NCBI GenBank assembly: GCA_964597775.1
Contig: CAZQZJ010000002.1
Coordinates: 357 to 64,356, forward strand
Reading direction: 5' to 3'
Origin: an uncultured Methanosarcinales archaeon
Lineage (GTDB): Archaea > Nanobdellota > Nanobdellia > Woesearchaeales > JAGWAF01
DNA length: 64,000 nucleotides
The translations under genes were made by a program, and so were the position numbers. Position 1 is the stretch's first letter; every line of letters starts with the position of its first letter. This document shows positions 18,895-28,180 of the stretch, piece after piece. The notes under the pieces are model-generated. The model worked only from the letters and a program-made list of their open reading frames with translations, was not told the DNA's origin and did not search any database.

Positions 18895-21516
18895 ATGGTT
18901 GAGGTGTATCAGTACTCTATTAATGATATTCTTACCATCTTCAAAACCCAAAGAAATGGACTAAATGATAGTGAAGTTCAGGCAAGACTTGTTATATATG
19001 GAAAGAATCTTATTGAGCGTACACACATAATTAATCCATGGGTAATCCTTTTTATGCAATTTGCAAATCCTGTGGTATGGGTGCTTTTTGGAGCAGGTTT
19101 GATTACAGCAGTGCTTAAAGAGTATATTGATAGTATAGTAATTGGGATTGTGATTTTTGTTAACACTATTTTTGGTTTTGTGCAAGAATATCATGCTGAA
19201 AAGTCAATTGAGGCATTGCGTAAAACATTGGGTTTACAGGCTCGCGTGTTTCGTAATGGTAATGTTGTAGTAATTGATGCTACTAATCTGGTGCCTGGTG
19301 ATATTGTTTTGTTAGATACTGGGGATAAGATTCCGGCAGATTGCAGGCTTATTGAATGTGTGAATCTTAAAATTCAGGAAGCGAGTTTGACTGGTGAAAG
19401 TATGCCTGTGAAAAAAACTCTTGAAGCACTCAAGTTTGTTACTGGCGTTGCAAATCAGCAAAATATGGTTTTTGCAAGTACTGTTGTGGTTATGGGTAGG
19501 GGTGTTGGTGTGGTTACTTCAACAGGATTCTCAACCCAGGTTGGTAAGATTGCACATCTTATTGAGGAAGCATTGCCAAATCTAACTCCACTTCAGAAGC
19601 GTCTTAAAGCATTAAGTGTACATGTAACAATTGGTACTATCTTGGTCTGTTTAGTAGTTTTTGTTACTGGTGTGTTTTATAATCAAAATTTGTTCGATGT
19701 TTTTTTGCAATCAGTTTCTCTTGCTGTTGCTGCAATTCCTGAGGGTTTGCCAGCAGTTGTGACAATAACATTAGCATTAGGAGTGCGTATTATGGCTGCA
19801 AATAAGGCTCTTGTTAGAAAACTACCAAGTGTCGAAACCCTTGGTGCATGTACTGTTATTTGTTCTGATAAAACTGGAACTCTTACTCATAATGAAATGA
19901 CTGTGCAGCATCTGTATGTAGATCAGAAGATAATTCATGTAAGCGGAACAGGATACAGATCACAAGGTACACTCTCCTCTCACCCAAAAGAGGTTGATCT
20001 GCTTGTAACCATAGGAGCATTATGCAATAATGCACGATTGGAAAAGAAAGAAAAATTAGGGGTTATTGGAGATCCTACTGAGGCTGCCCTTTTAGTAAGC
20101 AGTGAAAAAGCCGGATTGAATCTAGATATATTGCAAAAACAGTATCCTCGTGTAGATGAAATCTCTTTTTCTAGTGAACGAAAATGTATGACCACAATTC
20201 ATGGCAAAAACGGAAGGTACACATCGTTTATGAAAGGTGCCTCTGAGATTGTGCTTGCGTGTTGCACACATGTTCTTGAGCATGGAACAAAGCAGGTTTT
20301 AAGTGTACAGATGCGTAAGAATATTTTGTCAGTGAATGAGGCTTTTGCCAATCAGGGTTTGCGTGTTCTAGGTTTTGCATACAAAAACATGGCAACAAAG
20401 GCTCATCCTGAAGAAGGGCTTGTATTTGTGGGATTACAAGCTATGATAGATCCTCCAAGGCCAGAGGTAAGAGAAGCAATCAAGATGTGTCATAAAGCAG
20501 GGATTAAGGTTGTTATGATTACAGGTGATCATATAAGCACTGCAGTTGCTATTAGTAAGGAGATTGGAATTTTAGGTAAAGCTGTGAGTGGTGATGAATT
20601 AAGCACATTAAATTTGGATTGTATCATTGATGAAGTTGGGGTATATGCTAGAGTTGATCCAGTGCATAAATTGCGTATTGTTGAGGCACTTAAGAAAAAA
20701 GGGCATGTTGTAGCTATGACTGGTGATGGTGTTAATGATGCGCCGGCGCTTAAATCAGCAGATATTGGTATTGCAATGGGAATGACTGGGACTGATGTTG
20801 CAAAGGAAGCAAGTGTTATGGTTCTTGCTGATGATAATTTTGCCACAATTGTTTCAGCGATAAAACAAGGTCGTAAGATCTATGATAATATTAAGAAGTT
20901 TGTTGTGTATTTGTTAAGTTCAAATATGGGAGAGGTATTAACAGTTTTTGTAGGAGCACTGCTTGGTTTGCCGCTGATCTTGATTGCACGCCAGATCTTG
21001 TGGGTGAATCTCGTGACAGATTTATTGCCAGCACTTGCATTAGGGCAAGAACCAGAAGAGCCTTCACTTATGGAGCGACCACCTCAAAAAGCATCAGATG
21101 AAATACTCTCTTCTAAACAAGGAGTCATCTTAGGTAGTATAGGATTATATATTATGGCAGGTACGCTCCTCGCATTCATGTTAGGTGAACCGTCTACAAA
21201 TCTTCTTAAATCACAGACATTGGCATTTACCACTCTTGTCTTTTTCCAGCTTTTTAATGTATTTTTATTGCGAAGTCAACACCATCATATTTGGGAATTA
21301 AAGATAAATTGGATGTTAATTTTTGGAGTTGGATTAAGTGTGGTACTCCAAATTGCAGTAGTTATGATACCATCATTTTCAGTTATATTTGGTACAACAT
21401 CACTTAATGCATTTGAATGGTTATTTGTTTTAGCATGTTCAAGCAGTTTATTTATTGTAGGAGAATTGTCAAAAGGATTCATTAATCATTGGCAAGCAAG
21501 ATCTCAGGTTCTTTGA
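18895..21516 (+). CDS. P2-type cation-transporting ATPase (SERCA/PMCA-like)
   Basis: DKTGTLT phosphorylation motif, PEGLP in M4, MTGDGVNDAPAL, 873 aa with 10 TM. Confidence 0.9.
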   Translation: MVEVYQYSINDILTIFKTQRNGLNDSEVQARLVIYGKNLIERTHIINPWVILFMQFANPVVWVLFGAGLITAVLKEYIDSIVIGIVIFVNTIFGFVQEYHAEKSIEALRKTLGLQARVFRNGNVVVIDATNLVPGDIVLLDTGDKIPADCRLIECVNLKIQEASLTGESMPVKKTLEALKFVTGVANQQNMVFASTVVVMGRGVGVVTSTGFSTQVGKIAHLIEEALPNLTPLQKRLKALSVHVTIGTILVCLVVFVTGVFYNQNLFDVFLQSVSLAVAAIPEGLPAVVTITLALGVRIMAANKALVRKLPSVETLGACTVICSDKTGTLTHNEMTVQHLYVDQKIIHVSGTGYRSQGTLSSHPKEVDLLVTIGALCNNARLEKKEKLGVIGDPTEAALLVSSEKAGLNLDILQKQYPRVDEISFSSERKCMTTIHGKNGRYTSFMKGASEIVLACCTHVLEHGTKQVLSVQMRKNILSVNEAFANQGLRVLGFAYKNMATKAHPEEGLVFVGLQAMIDPPRPEVREAIKMCHKAGIKVVMITGDHISTAVAISKEIGILGKAVSGDELSTLNLDCIIDEVGVYARVDPVHKLRIVEALKKKGHVVAMTGDGVNDAPALKSADIGIAMGMTGTDVAKEASVMVLADDNFATIVSAIKQGRKIYDNIKKFVVYLLSSNMGEVLTVFVGALLGLPLILIARQILWVNLVTDLLPALALGQEPEEPSLMERPPQKASDEILSSKQGVILGSIGLYIMAGTLLAFMLGEPSTNLLKSQTLAFTTLVFFQLFNVFLLRSQHHHIWELKINWMLIFGVGLSVVLQIAVVMIPSFSVIFGTTSLNAFEWLFVLACSSSLFIVGELSKGFINHWQARSQVL

Positions 21517-21592
21517 GTAGACATTCTAATAATCTTGGTTTTACAATTGTTTAATGCATAATCTTTAAAAATTGGGTGAATATTAGGTTATT

Positions 21593-22432
21593 ATGATCCA
21601 CAATCAACTCAAAACTGTTCTGTTGCTAGGTGCACTTACAGCATTGTTAATGGTAGTTGGTGGCATCTTGGGTGGTTCTGGTGGGTTATTATTAGGGTTA
21701 ATAATGGCTTTTTTGATGAATATTCTAACCTTCTGGTTTTCTGATAAGATTGTGTTGTGGATGTATGGTGCAAAAGAAGTAAATCCAAAAAATGCGCCTC
21801 GTTTGCATAAATTAGTTGATAAGGCAGTGCATGCAGTAGGAATTCCTAAGCCAAAGGTTTATATGATACATTCTCAAGCCCCAAATGCCTTTGCTACTGG
21901 ACGATCTCCAAGTCATGCAGCTATTGCAGCAACAGAGGGAATCTTAATGCTTCTTGATGATGAGGAATTGGTTGGTGTGCTTGCGCATGAGGCATCGCAT
22001 ATTAGGAATAGGGATACCTTGGTAGCAACTATTGCAGCCTGTATTGCAGGGCTTATTTTATATGTTGGTTCAATAGTGAGGTGGACTGCTTTGTTTGGTT
22101 CAGATCGTGATGATAAGGGAAGTGGTTTGGAATTGTTGGTTCTTGGAATTCTTACTCCCTTGCTTGCATTACTCTTGCAGTTGGCAATCTCAAGAAGTAG
22201 GGAGTATCTTGCTGATGAAACTGGTGCAAGGGCTATTAAGAATCCTAAGGCGCTTGCTCATGCTCTTCAAAAGTTGCATAAGGGTGTTGCAATGGTTCCG
22301 TGGATGGGAAATAGTACTGCAGCATCACTTTTTATTGTTAATCCATTTAGTGGTCAAGCATTGCTAAGCTTATTGTCTACTCATCCACCAATGGAGAAGC
22401 GCATTGCGCGTCTTAATGAGATAAAATTTTAG
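21593..22432 (+). CDS. htpX: M48 zinc metalloprotease HtpX
   Basis: HEASH (HExxH) motif, N-terminal TM helices, HtpX-like size. Confidence 0.85.
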   Translation: MIHNQLKTVLLLGALTALLMVVGGILGGSGGLLLGLIMAFLMNILTFWFSDKIVLWMYGAKEVNPKNAPRLHKLVDKAVHAVGIPKPKVYMIHSQAPNAFATGRSPSHAAIAATEGILMLLDDEELVGVLAHEASHIRNRDTLVATIAACIAGLILYVGSIVRWTALFGSDRDDKGSGLELLVLGILTPLLALLLQLAISRSREYLADETGARAIKNPKALAHALQKLHKGVAMVPWMGNSTAASLFIVNPFSGQALLSLLSTHPPMEKRIARLNEIKF

Positions 22433-22461
22433 TGTGGGTTCAAAAGGGCTGCACCCTTTTT

Positions 22462-24666
22462 TCATTCATGCCATTCCTCTTCAATAATGCGTTTAATCAT
22501 TGTTGCTTTGGTATCGCCAATATGTTCGATTTCTTTAAGTTCGTTAATACTTGCATGTGTAATAGCCTGTATTGTTTTGAATTTTCGTAGTAAAGGTTTG
22601 GCTAGTTGCATTCCAATTCCTGGAAATGCAGAGAGGATGTATTCTTGTGCTTCTTTGATTGTTTGTGCCTTTCGTTCACCATGCGGATTAAAAGTGTCTG
22701 ATAAAGATTCTTGTTCTCGTTTAGCAAGTGCAAGAATAATGTGTGCAGTCTCAGTACTATTTGCTGTCATAATTAAGGGAATGTTGAATCCAGCAGTTAT
22801 TGTTGCGATCATTCCATTGATTGCAGAGGCATGAACCTTGCGTATTTCATAAAGACTTTGTTTTCCTTCGATTATAAGAATAGGTCTCCAGTAGTTTCTT
22901 TTTAGTTCGCGTAGTTGTGAGATAAGTCTTCCATCAACAATAGAGTTAACAAAATCATCGCATGTTTTGTATTCGATAACTACACGCTCTGATACAGCAA
23001 AATCGCCAATCTGCAGTTGTTTAAGTTGTAGGTCAATGTCCATCTCAAGTAGGGATTTGATAACATTGCTTCCTTTTTCTCGAAAATCAGCATATATACA
23101 AATGCGTTTTGTACCTGTCTCTTCTTTAAATGATGTGAGTGAACGTTGTGTAGAATCAGGTACTTGGTTAAGGATGATGTTTTTCTTAAAGTGTTTAAGT
23201 AGTTGGTGCATGCGTTTTTCTTTATAGTGTGCACTCCATCTGTAGGCTTCATCGCGTGTTTGTCTTGTTAGTAGCATAATTACATTGCCTTGTTCTGATC
23301 TGCCAGTGCGGCCGCGTCTCTGAATTGAACGAATTGCTGATGGGATTGGTTCATAAAAGATAACACTATCAACTGAGGGGATATCAAGGCCTTCTTCAGC
23401 AACTGATGTAGCTACAAGTGTTGAGAATGCTCTGTTTCGAAAGTCATTAAGTGTTTGAATCTGGACTTTCTGGCTCATCCCTGTTTCGCCTTTTTTTGCC
23501 TGTCCTACAAAGAGTGTAGCACGTATTCCTTTATTTTCTATGGCATTAACAATGGTTGTTCCTGTTTCACGAAATTGTGTAAAAATAATAATCTTAGCAA
23601 GTGGCTTTTTTTTGATAATATCTTCTACTAAGTTTACTATTTTAGGAAGTTTTGGATGGATAATCCCATTGTTAACACAGATACGAGTTTTGGTAAGTGC
23701 TTCTCGAAAAAGAGGGTCGCTAACTAGGTTTTTTACTGCTTTTATTTTGGTGGTATGTGATTCATCATCAAGTCTTTGAAAGTAAGTGAGAAGTTGTGTT
23801 AATCCTTGAGTTTCAAGAAGTTCTAGGCCATGTTGGATCTTAAGTGCTTGAGCAAGAGTTGATATCGCACTAAGTTTGTCTGGTTCTTTGTTGGTTGCAA
23901 TCTCTGCAAACAGGTGTTTTTGTAGTGCAATAAGTTCGCCTTTATGCAGTTGTGTAGTATTGGTATATCCTAATTCCTTGATTTGTTTGAGTTTTGTGTG
24001 GCAGCACTCTTCAAGCAGAACTTTGATTTCTATAATTTGTGGTGGAAGGTCAACAAATTCCCAGTTTATTTCGACATGGTGTAGGTATGGTTTGACATCA
24101 GGGTCAGTTGTAGTTCTGAGTTCAACATTCTCAATTCCAAGGTTTTGGCATACCTCATTAAGAGTCTCTATCTTTTCTCCTGGTGATGCAGTAAGGGCAA
24201 GGATTCGTGGCCAGGTGGCTGTTTTTATATACTCTTTTGCTAAGTATACATAGGCATAATTTCCTACAGCTCGGTGTGCTTCATCAATAATAAGTAAGCT
24301 CACGGTATTAAGAGATATAGCTTTATTGATGATGTCATTTTCTAATCCTTGTGGTGTAGAAATAATGATCTGGCTTTTATTCCAGTCTTCTGCACGTTTT
24401 TGTGGTTTGATATTGCCAGTAAAAAGGCTGTAGCTCATCTGTGGAAGATGGTGTTGAAAGGTTTGGTAATGTTGTTCTGCAAGTGGTTTGGTTGGCGTAA
24501 CCATAAGTACTTTAGAGTTTGGATGCAGTGTAATTCTGTGTGCAGCAAGCATAATAGCGATAAGTGTTTTTCCCATACCAGTTGGTAATACAACAATGGT
24601 GTTTTTAGTAGAGGCTGTTGCAAGTATGGTTTCTTGGTAAATCCTTGGTGAGATCCCAACTAGCAT
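22462..24666 (-). CDS. hef: Hef-like helicase/nuclease (SF2 helicase + ERCC4/XPF nuclease + HhH2)
   Basis: Walker A PTGMGKT, DEAH box IIDEAHRA, C-terminal ERCC4 motif (GDF..SERV..ERK-like) and HhH region. Confidence 0.85.
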   Translation of the reverse strand: MLVGISPRIYQETILATASTKNTIVVLPTGMGKTLIAIMLAAHRITLHPNSKVLMVTPTKPLAEQHYQTFQHHLPQMSYSLFTGNIKPQKRAEDWNKSQIIISTPQGLENDIINKAISLNTVSLLIIDEAHRAVGNYAYVYLAKEYIKTATWPRILALTASPGEKIETLNEVCQNLGIENVELRTTTDPDVKPYLHHVEINWEFVDLPPQIIEIKVLLEECCHTKLKQIKELGYTNTTQLHKGELIALQKHLFAEIATNKEPDKLSAISTLAQALKIQHGLELLETQGLTQLLTYFQRLDDESHTTKIKAVKNLVSDPLFREALTKTRICVNNGIIHPKLPKIVNLVEDIIKKKPLAKIIIFTQFRETGTTIVNAIENKGIRATLFVGQAKKGETGMSQKVQIQTLNDFRNRAFSTLVATSVAEEGLDIPSVDSVIFYEPIPSAIRSIQRRGRTGRSEQGNVIMLLTRQTRDEAYRWSAHYKEKRMHQLLKHFKKNIILNQVPDSTQRSLTSFKEETGTKRICIYADFREKGSNVIKSLLEMDIDLQLKQLQIGDFAVSERVVIEYKTCDDFVNSIVDGRLISQLRELKRNYWRPILIIEGKQSLYEIRKVHASAINGMIATITAGFNIPLIMTANSTETAHIILALAKREQESLSDTFNPHGERKAQTIKEAQEYILSAFPGIGMQLAKPLLRKFKTIQAITHASINELKEIEHIGDTKATMIKRIIEEEWHE

Positions 24667-24865
24667 ATGCTAAGTATCGTGGTTCAGTTTTTAATCATTA
24701 TGCCTATCTGACGTGTGTGGGAAGTGCAGAACATTGTGGTAATTAGTGTAATATGTCATCCTCATTCCTCAAAGCAACATGCAAGAGCAGTTTCAAGAGC
24801 CTTCTTGATCTTTGATTCGCCTATCTTTTCTTTGAGTTCTTCAAGTAGCATATGTAATCACCAGT

Positions 24866-25069
24866 TTAATGACATGGATGATCCTTCTTCTTATCAGATT
24901 TGTGAGTGTCGTGGTGACTCTTTCCCATATGTAACAAGTGCATAAGTGGGCATGCTAATATAATAATCCACCAAATCCAAGAGCTTGTGATACCAAATAT
25001 GGAGATGAACGCTAGCAAAGCAATGGGTATAGCCATGCAGGCAATCATCTTCCAATTGTTTTGGTTCAT
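24866..25069 (-). CDS. Small membrane protein with His-rich C-terminus (HHDTHKSD..HPCH)
   Basis: 1-2 TM then His/Cys-rich tail; ATGA overlap with upstream gene. Confidence 0.3.
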   Translation of the reverse strand: MNQNNWKMIACMAIPIALLAFISIFGITSSWIWWIIILACPLMHLLHMGKSHHDTHKSDKKKDHPCH

Positions 25070-25386
25070 TGTTTAGGGTGGTGGCTCTCATGTTCAGTTT
25101 GAGACATACCATTAGCAGTTCCACTATCAGACAATCCTGAGTTAGGCATCATTCCATTCATCATAGATCCCATATTGTCCATCATAGAAGTCATACCATT
25201 CATCATTTTTTCGCAGTTCTCCATCATTGTAGTCATCATATCTTGAGTAGCTATTGCCTTTTTTTCAGCTGTATCTGCTGTTGATCGTACTTTACCAACT
25301 TCGTCTACTAATGCAATCGCAAAACTTACAGTTGCGACAATGGCCAATGCGATTACCATAATTAATGTTATTTTCTTTTGTTTCAT
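25066..25386 (-). CDS. Membrane-anchored Met-rich protein (MxxM/MM repeats), putative Cu(I)-binding
   Basis: N-terminal TM anchor; MMTTMMENCEKMMNGMTSMMDNMGSMMNGMMP Met-rich region. Confidence 0.5.
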   Translation of the reverse strand: MKQKKITLIMVIALAIVATVSFAIALVDEVGKVRSTADTAEKKAIATQDMMTTMMENCEKMMNGMTSMMDNMGSMMNGMMPNSGLSDSGTANGMSQTEHESHHPKQ

Positions 25387-25778
25387 GTCTTTGCCTCCGC
25401 AGCATGTGCTGCATCTTTGTTTTCTTTAGGTATATCTTGTAAAAGCCAGAACAAGCTGTACAAGTCAAAGCCGGCCTTTTCCAATTCCTGAGCAGTTGCC
25501 AGATCTGTTTCCAGATATTTAGTTGCTGTTTCCATCATTCGCATGCAGGCAGCAAGAAGGTGTTTGCTAATACACCAAACCTCTCCTTCAGAATCAACAA
25601 CAAGTCTCTTCAGTAGTTTGATACGAAGTTTGCGCACTGCAGCAAGAATATGTAGGTATTTTGGATTGTCTGTCTTTACTGATGTCATGGCTAGATGTTC
25701 TTCAATGCTTACAATGTTCATGATTGCAAAACTCAAGTCCTCCTTATTGGTGAGATCAGCTGAATTTGTCAAGTTCAT
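25383..25778 (-). CDS. Hypothetical helical protein
   Basis: ORF in 5-gene overlapping operon; no recognisable motif. Confidence 0.35.
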   Translation of the reverse strand: MNLTNSADLTNKEDLSFAIMNIVSIEEHLAMTSVKTDNPKYLHILAAVRKLRIKLLKRLVVDSEGEVWCISKHLLAACMRMMETATKYLETDLATAQELEKAGFDLYSLFWLLQDIPKENKDAAHAAEAKT

Positions 25779-26272
25779 ACAAATCCCCCAATAATTAGCA
25801 CAGTGCTGGCTAATAATAAAGATCCTATTAAGATGCTAGTGCCCTGTAGACTAATAAAATTCTTGCCATTGTTCTTTGCTCTTAGTAATCCATGTACTCT
25901 GTGTCCTGTGGTTGACACAAATATGCCAATAACCATTCCACTTAACAATCGAGGAAGACCAAAGAGTAGGCTGTTTGTTTCAAACAATCCACTAATCTTA
26001 AATCCAATAATAGTGATTACTGTAGCAAGTAGGATAAATACTATATCCTGGTTGTACACAAAGTTTTTGTCTTGTTTCTTAAGTGTATTGTCAGCCCATA
26101 AAGCTGTGGAGACTATGAATCCGCCTATGAGTACACCTACTAAGGAATCATCTACACCATACCAGCGTGCAACACTAACAGCAGCACCTGCAGCTGCTGT
26201 GCAGACTGGACAGTGAGCCATTACAGATGGCACTATTCCAAGACTTGTACCAATACCAACAGGCCATCGCAT
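25775..26272 (-). CDS. Integral membrane protein with intramembrane CPVC motif (start at MRWPVGIG; longer ORF rejected because it crosses repeat X1)
   Basis: Multi-TM, CPxC motif typical of metal-translocating sites. Confidence 0.45.
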   Translation of the reverse strand: MRWPVGIGTSLGIVPSVMAHCPVCTAAAGAAVSVARWYGVDDSLVGVLIGGFIVSTALWADNTLKKQDKNFVYNQDIVFILLATVITIIGFKISGLFETNSLLFGLPRLLSGMVIGIFVSTTGHRVHGLLRAKNNGKNFISLQGTSILIGSLLLASTVLIIGGFV

Positions 26273-26281
26273 CCATTGATG

Positions 26282-26380
26282 TCTCAAATGGGTTCTATCC
26301 CGATGCTCTGCATCGGATATATTTGCCAATTTGAGATTAAAAAATACTCCTGGGCTCTTCCCAGGTTGGGATTTTTTATT
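26282..26380. repeat. Intergenic module X, copy 1: TATA-like GGATATATTT(minus AAATATATCC) + A6-hairpin(cctgggc/gcccagg)-T6
   Basis: ~90% identical copy at 43521-43621 immediately upstream of tRNA-Leu; partial copy at 31806-31900. Confidence 0.6.
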
Positions 26381-26384
26381 CATC

Positions 26385-26957
26385 TTAGCACGCTCCAGTT
26401 GCACTCTGCGTTCCTTGTGGGTAGAAAATCTTTTTCCACAACTCAAGTTCTTGCTGGATCTGACTTGAGTTGTAGCCCTTTGTAGTCATGAGTTTAGCCA
26501 AACCAAACATTGCTACATGGTGGCCGCATTCGCAATTATCTTTTGCTTGTAGCTGTTTAACTCCGCAACAAGGCAATTCTACATCAAGGCCAACAAATAT
26601 CCTTTCTTGAGCCAAGGTAGGAATAATTTCTTTTGCATCTTTGAGCAGTTGATCATATCCTGCAGTATCCATTGTTATGCCGTATTCAGTCATCTCGCCT
26701 GTGGCTTTAGCATCATCTATCCCTCCACAGCCAGGGCCGTCCATTTCTGATAATTTTGGATGATGTGTTTTCATCATCTCTTCATTAGAACTAAATCCTT
26801 CGGTTGACATGTCCCCAGCATTTCCTTGTTGTGTCTTAAGAACTACTGCGTCACTTGCTTCCTGGCGACCTGCCCATATCACTGTGAAGATTAGGCTTCC
26901 AACCAGGAATAGTAATACAACAATACCGATTATCTTCTTGTTTTCCATGATAACCAC
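26385..26957 (-). CDS. Membrane-anchored Cys-rich protein (GPGCGG, PCCG, CECGHH motifs)
   Basis: N-terminal TM, multiple Cys/His clusters, first gene of putative metal-handling operon. Confidence 0.45.
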   Translation of the reverse strand: MVIMENKKIIGIVVLLFLVGSLIFTVIWAGRQEASDAVVLKTQQGNAGDMSTEGFSSNEEMMKTHHPKLSEMDGPGCGGIDDAKATGEMTEYGITMDTAGYDQLLKDAKEIIPTLAQERIFVGLDVELPCCGVKQLQAKDNCECGHHVAMFGLAKLMTTKGYNSSQIQQELELWKKIFYPQGTQSATGAC

Positions 26958-27053
26958 TTATCCGCAGCAAGCATGTCCTTGTGTTTTGGCATCTTTATTT
27001 TTGCGTTTGTTTCTTTTTTCCATATAATGACCTCCATTGGTTTATACAAATAT

Positions 27054-27172
27054 AATTATATCAAATCACTTTAATTATAGGATATTTTTCCCAGATTAAA
27101 GTGATTTGATTATTAGGAAATAACCTTACTTTCATTTTTGAAATATCCTAAAATTAAGGCTATTTCCTATAG
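27054..27172. repeat. Double-hairpin intergenic repeat, copy 2
   Basis: Matches 1798-1916; stems identical, loop 1 differs. Confidence 0.6.
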
Positions 27173-27324
27173 GTAGGAATATGAAACATCATAAAACAAT
27201 GATTGTGAAACTAGTTACAAGAGAATAAACAAATTCACATCAAAGCAGATACGCTGACCCCAGCACAGATAGTCGAGTAAGAAAGGAAGAAGATGGTTTA
27301 AACAGGGCTCTTAGTCCTTTTTTC

Positions 27325-27819
27325 TCATTTGAGTATAACTGCATTTGTCATGCCGCGTCTTCTGCGTTCAATAAGGTTTTTTCCTTCAAGTTTATCCAGG
27401 ATGCGCGTGATCTTAACCTTGGAAAGTGCTGTCTTGGTTACCAAGTCGCTTTGAAATATCATACCTTCAGATTGGCGCAGGATGTCAAATATCAATGCTT
27501 CCTCGCCATCTAAACTTTTGGTAGTAACAGCAGCTTTCTCACGTATCTTCTCTTGCGGCTGTTTCTTAAGATATAGTAAAAGTCCTACAATAAACAAGAA
27601 GGTAATCACTCCCAAGCCGATAAATTTAGGCAATGCCAATCTGTTGAGTTCTTGATATGGGCAAGTTAATCCTTGTTGGTGAACACATTCACCCTCTGGT
27701 CCAGTGTCATGGCCAGCAAGTAAGGCTTTTTCAGCAGAGTTAATATAGTTAAAACCAATAATAAGTAATATAGTAGCGATTGTCATGTTTGCAATTCCAA
27801 AAAAGCGGAGAGTTTCCAT
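27325..27819 (-). CDS. Membrane-anchored winged-helix (MarR/TrmB-like) transcription regulator
   Basis: Two TM segments followed by C-terminal wHTH (LVTKTALSKVKITRILDKLEGKNLIERRRRG). Confidence 0.5.
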   Translation of the reverse strand: METLRFFGIANMTIATILLIIGFNYINSAEKALLAGHDTGPEGECVHQQGLTCPYQELNRLALPKFIGLGVITFLFIVGLLLYLKKQPQEKIREKAAVTTKSLDGEEALIFDILRQSEGMIFQSDLVTKTALSKVKITRILDKLEGKNLIERRRRGMTNAVILK

Positions 27820-27874
27820 TATAATATTGTAAAATGTATGCCTTATTATAGGTTATGAAATGTGTGCAATATTT

Positions 27875-28180
27875 TTACAAGTATCCTTTTTGATGTGATA
27901 CTAGCATGCTTATATATCCTATAATATAAAAAAATATAGAGAGTTTAAGTCTGTCAAAATCTGTTCCAAGCATGTATCCTAGGAGAAAGGAGAAACTCAT
28001 CAAAATTAGTGGCCATGATGCTGTTTTTTTATGAAGCCACCATAGGTGTGCAAAAAGGCATCCAGCAATAAACACAGTAAATAAAGAAAGCCATAATGCT
28101 TGTGTGTTGATTGCAAGAAGTCCTCCTAGTAGAATAAGGATAAGGGAGAGGAGTTCTGGCCAGGAATGAAAAAGATTCAT
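27875..28180 (-). CDS. Small integral membrane protein (start at MNLFHSWPELL)
   Basis: 3 TM, TAATG overlap with upstream gene. Confidence 0.35.
   Translation of the reverse strand: MNLFHSWPELLSLILILLGGLLAINTQALWLSLFTVFIAGCLFAHLWWLHKKTASWPLILMSFSFLLGYMLGTDFDRLKLSIFFYIIGYISMLVSHQKGYL

Noticed and set aside
22487-22834. 115-aa plus-strand ORF
   Set aside because: Antisense inside the Hef gene; low-complexity.
26213-26485. 90-aa ORF (and 43331-43729 ORF) containing ...FEIKKY.WALPRLGFF...
   Set aside because: Shared peptide is an artefact of translating repeat X (X1 and X2); both overlap real features (gene start, tRNA-Leu).
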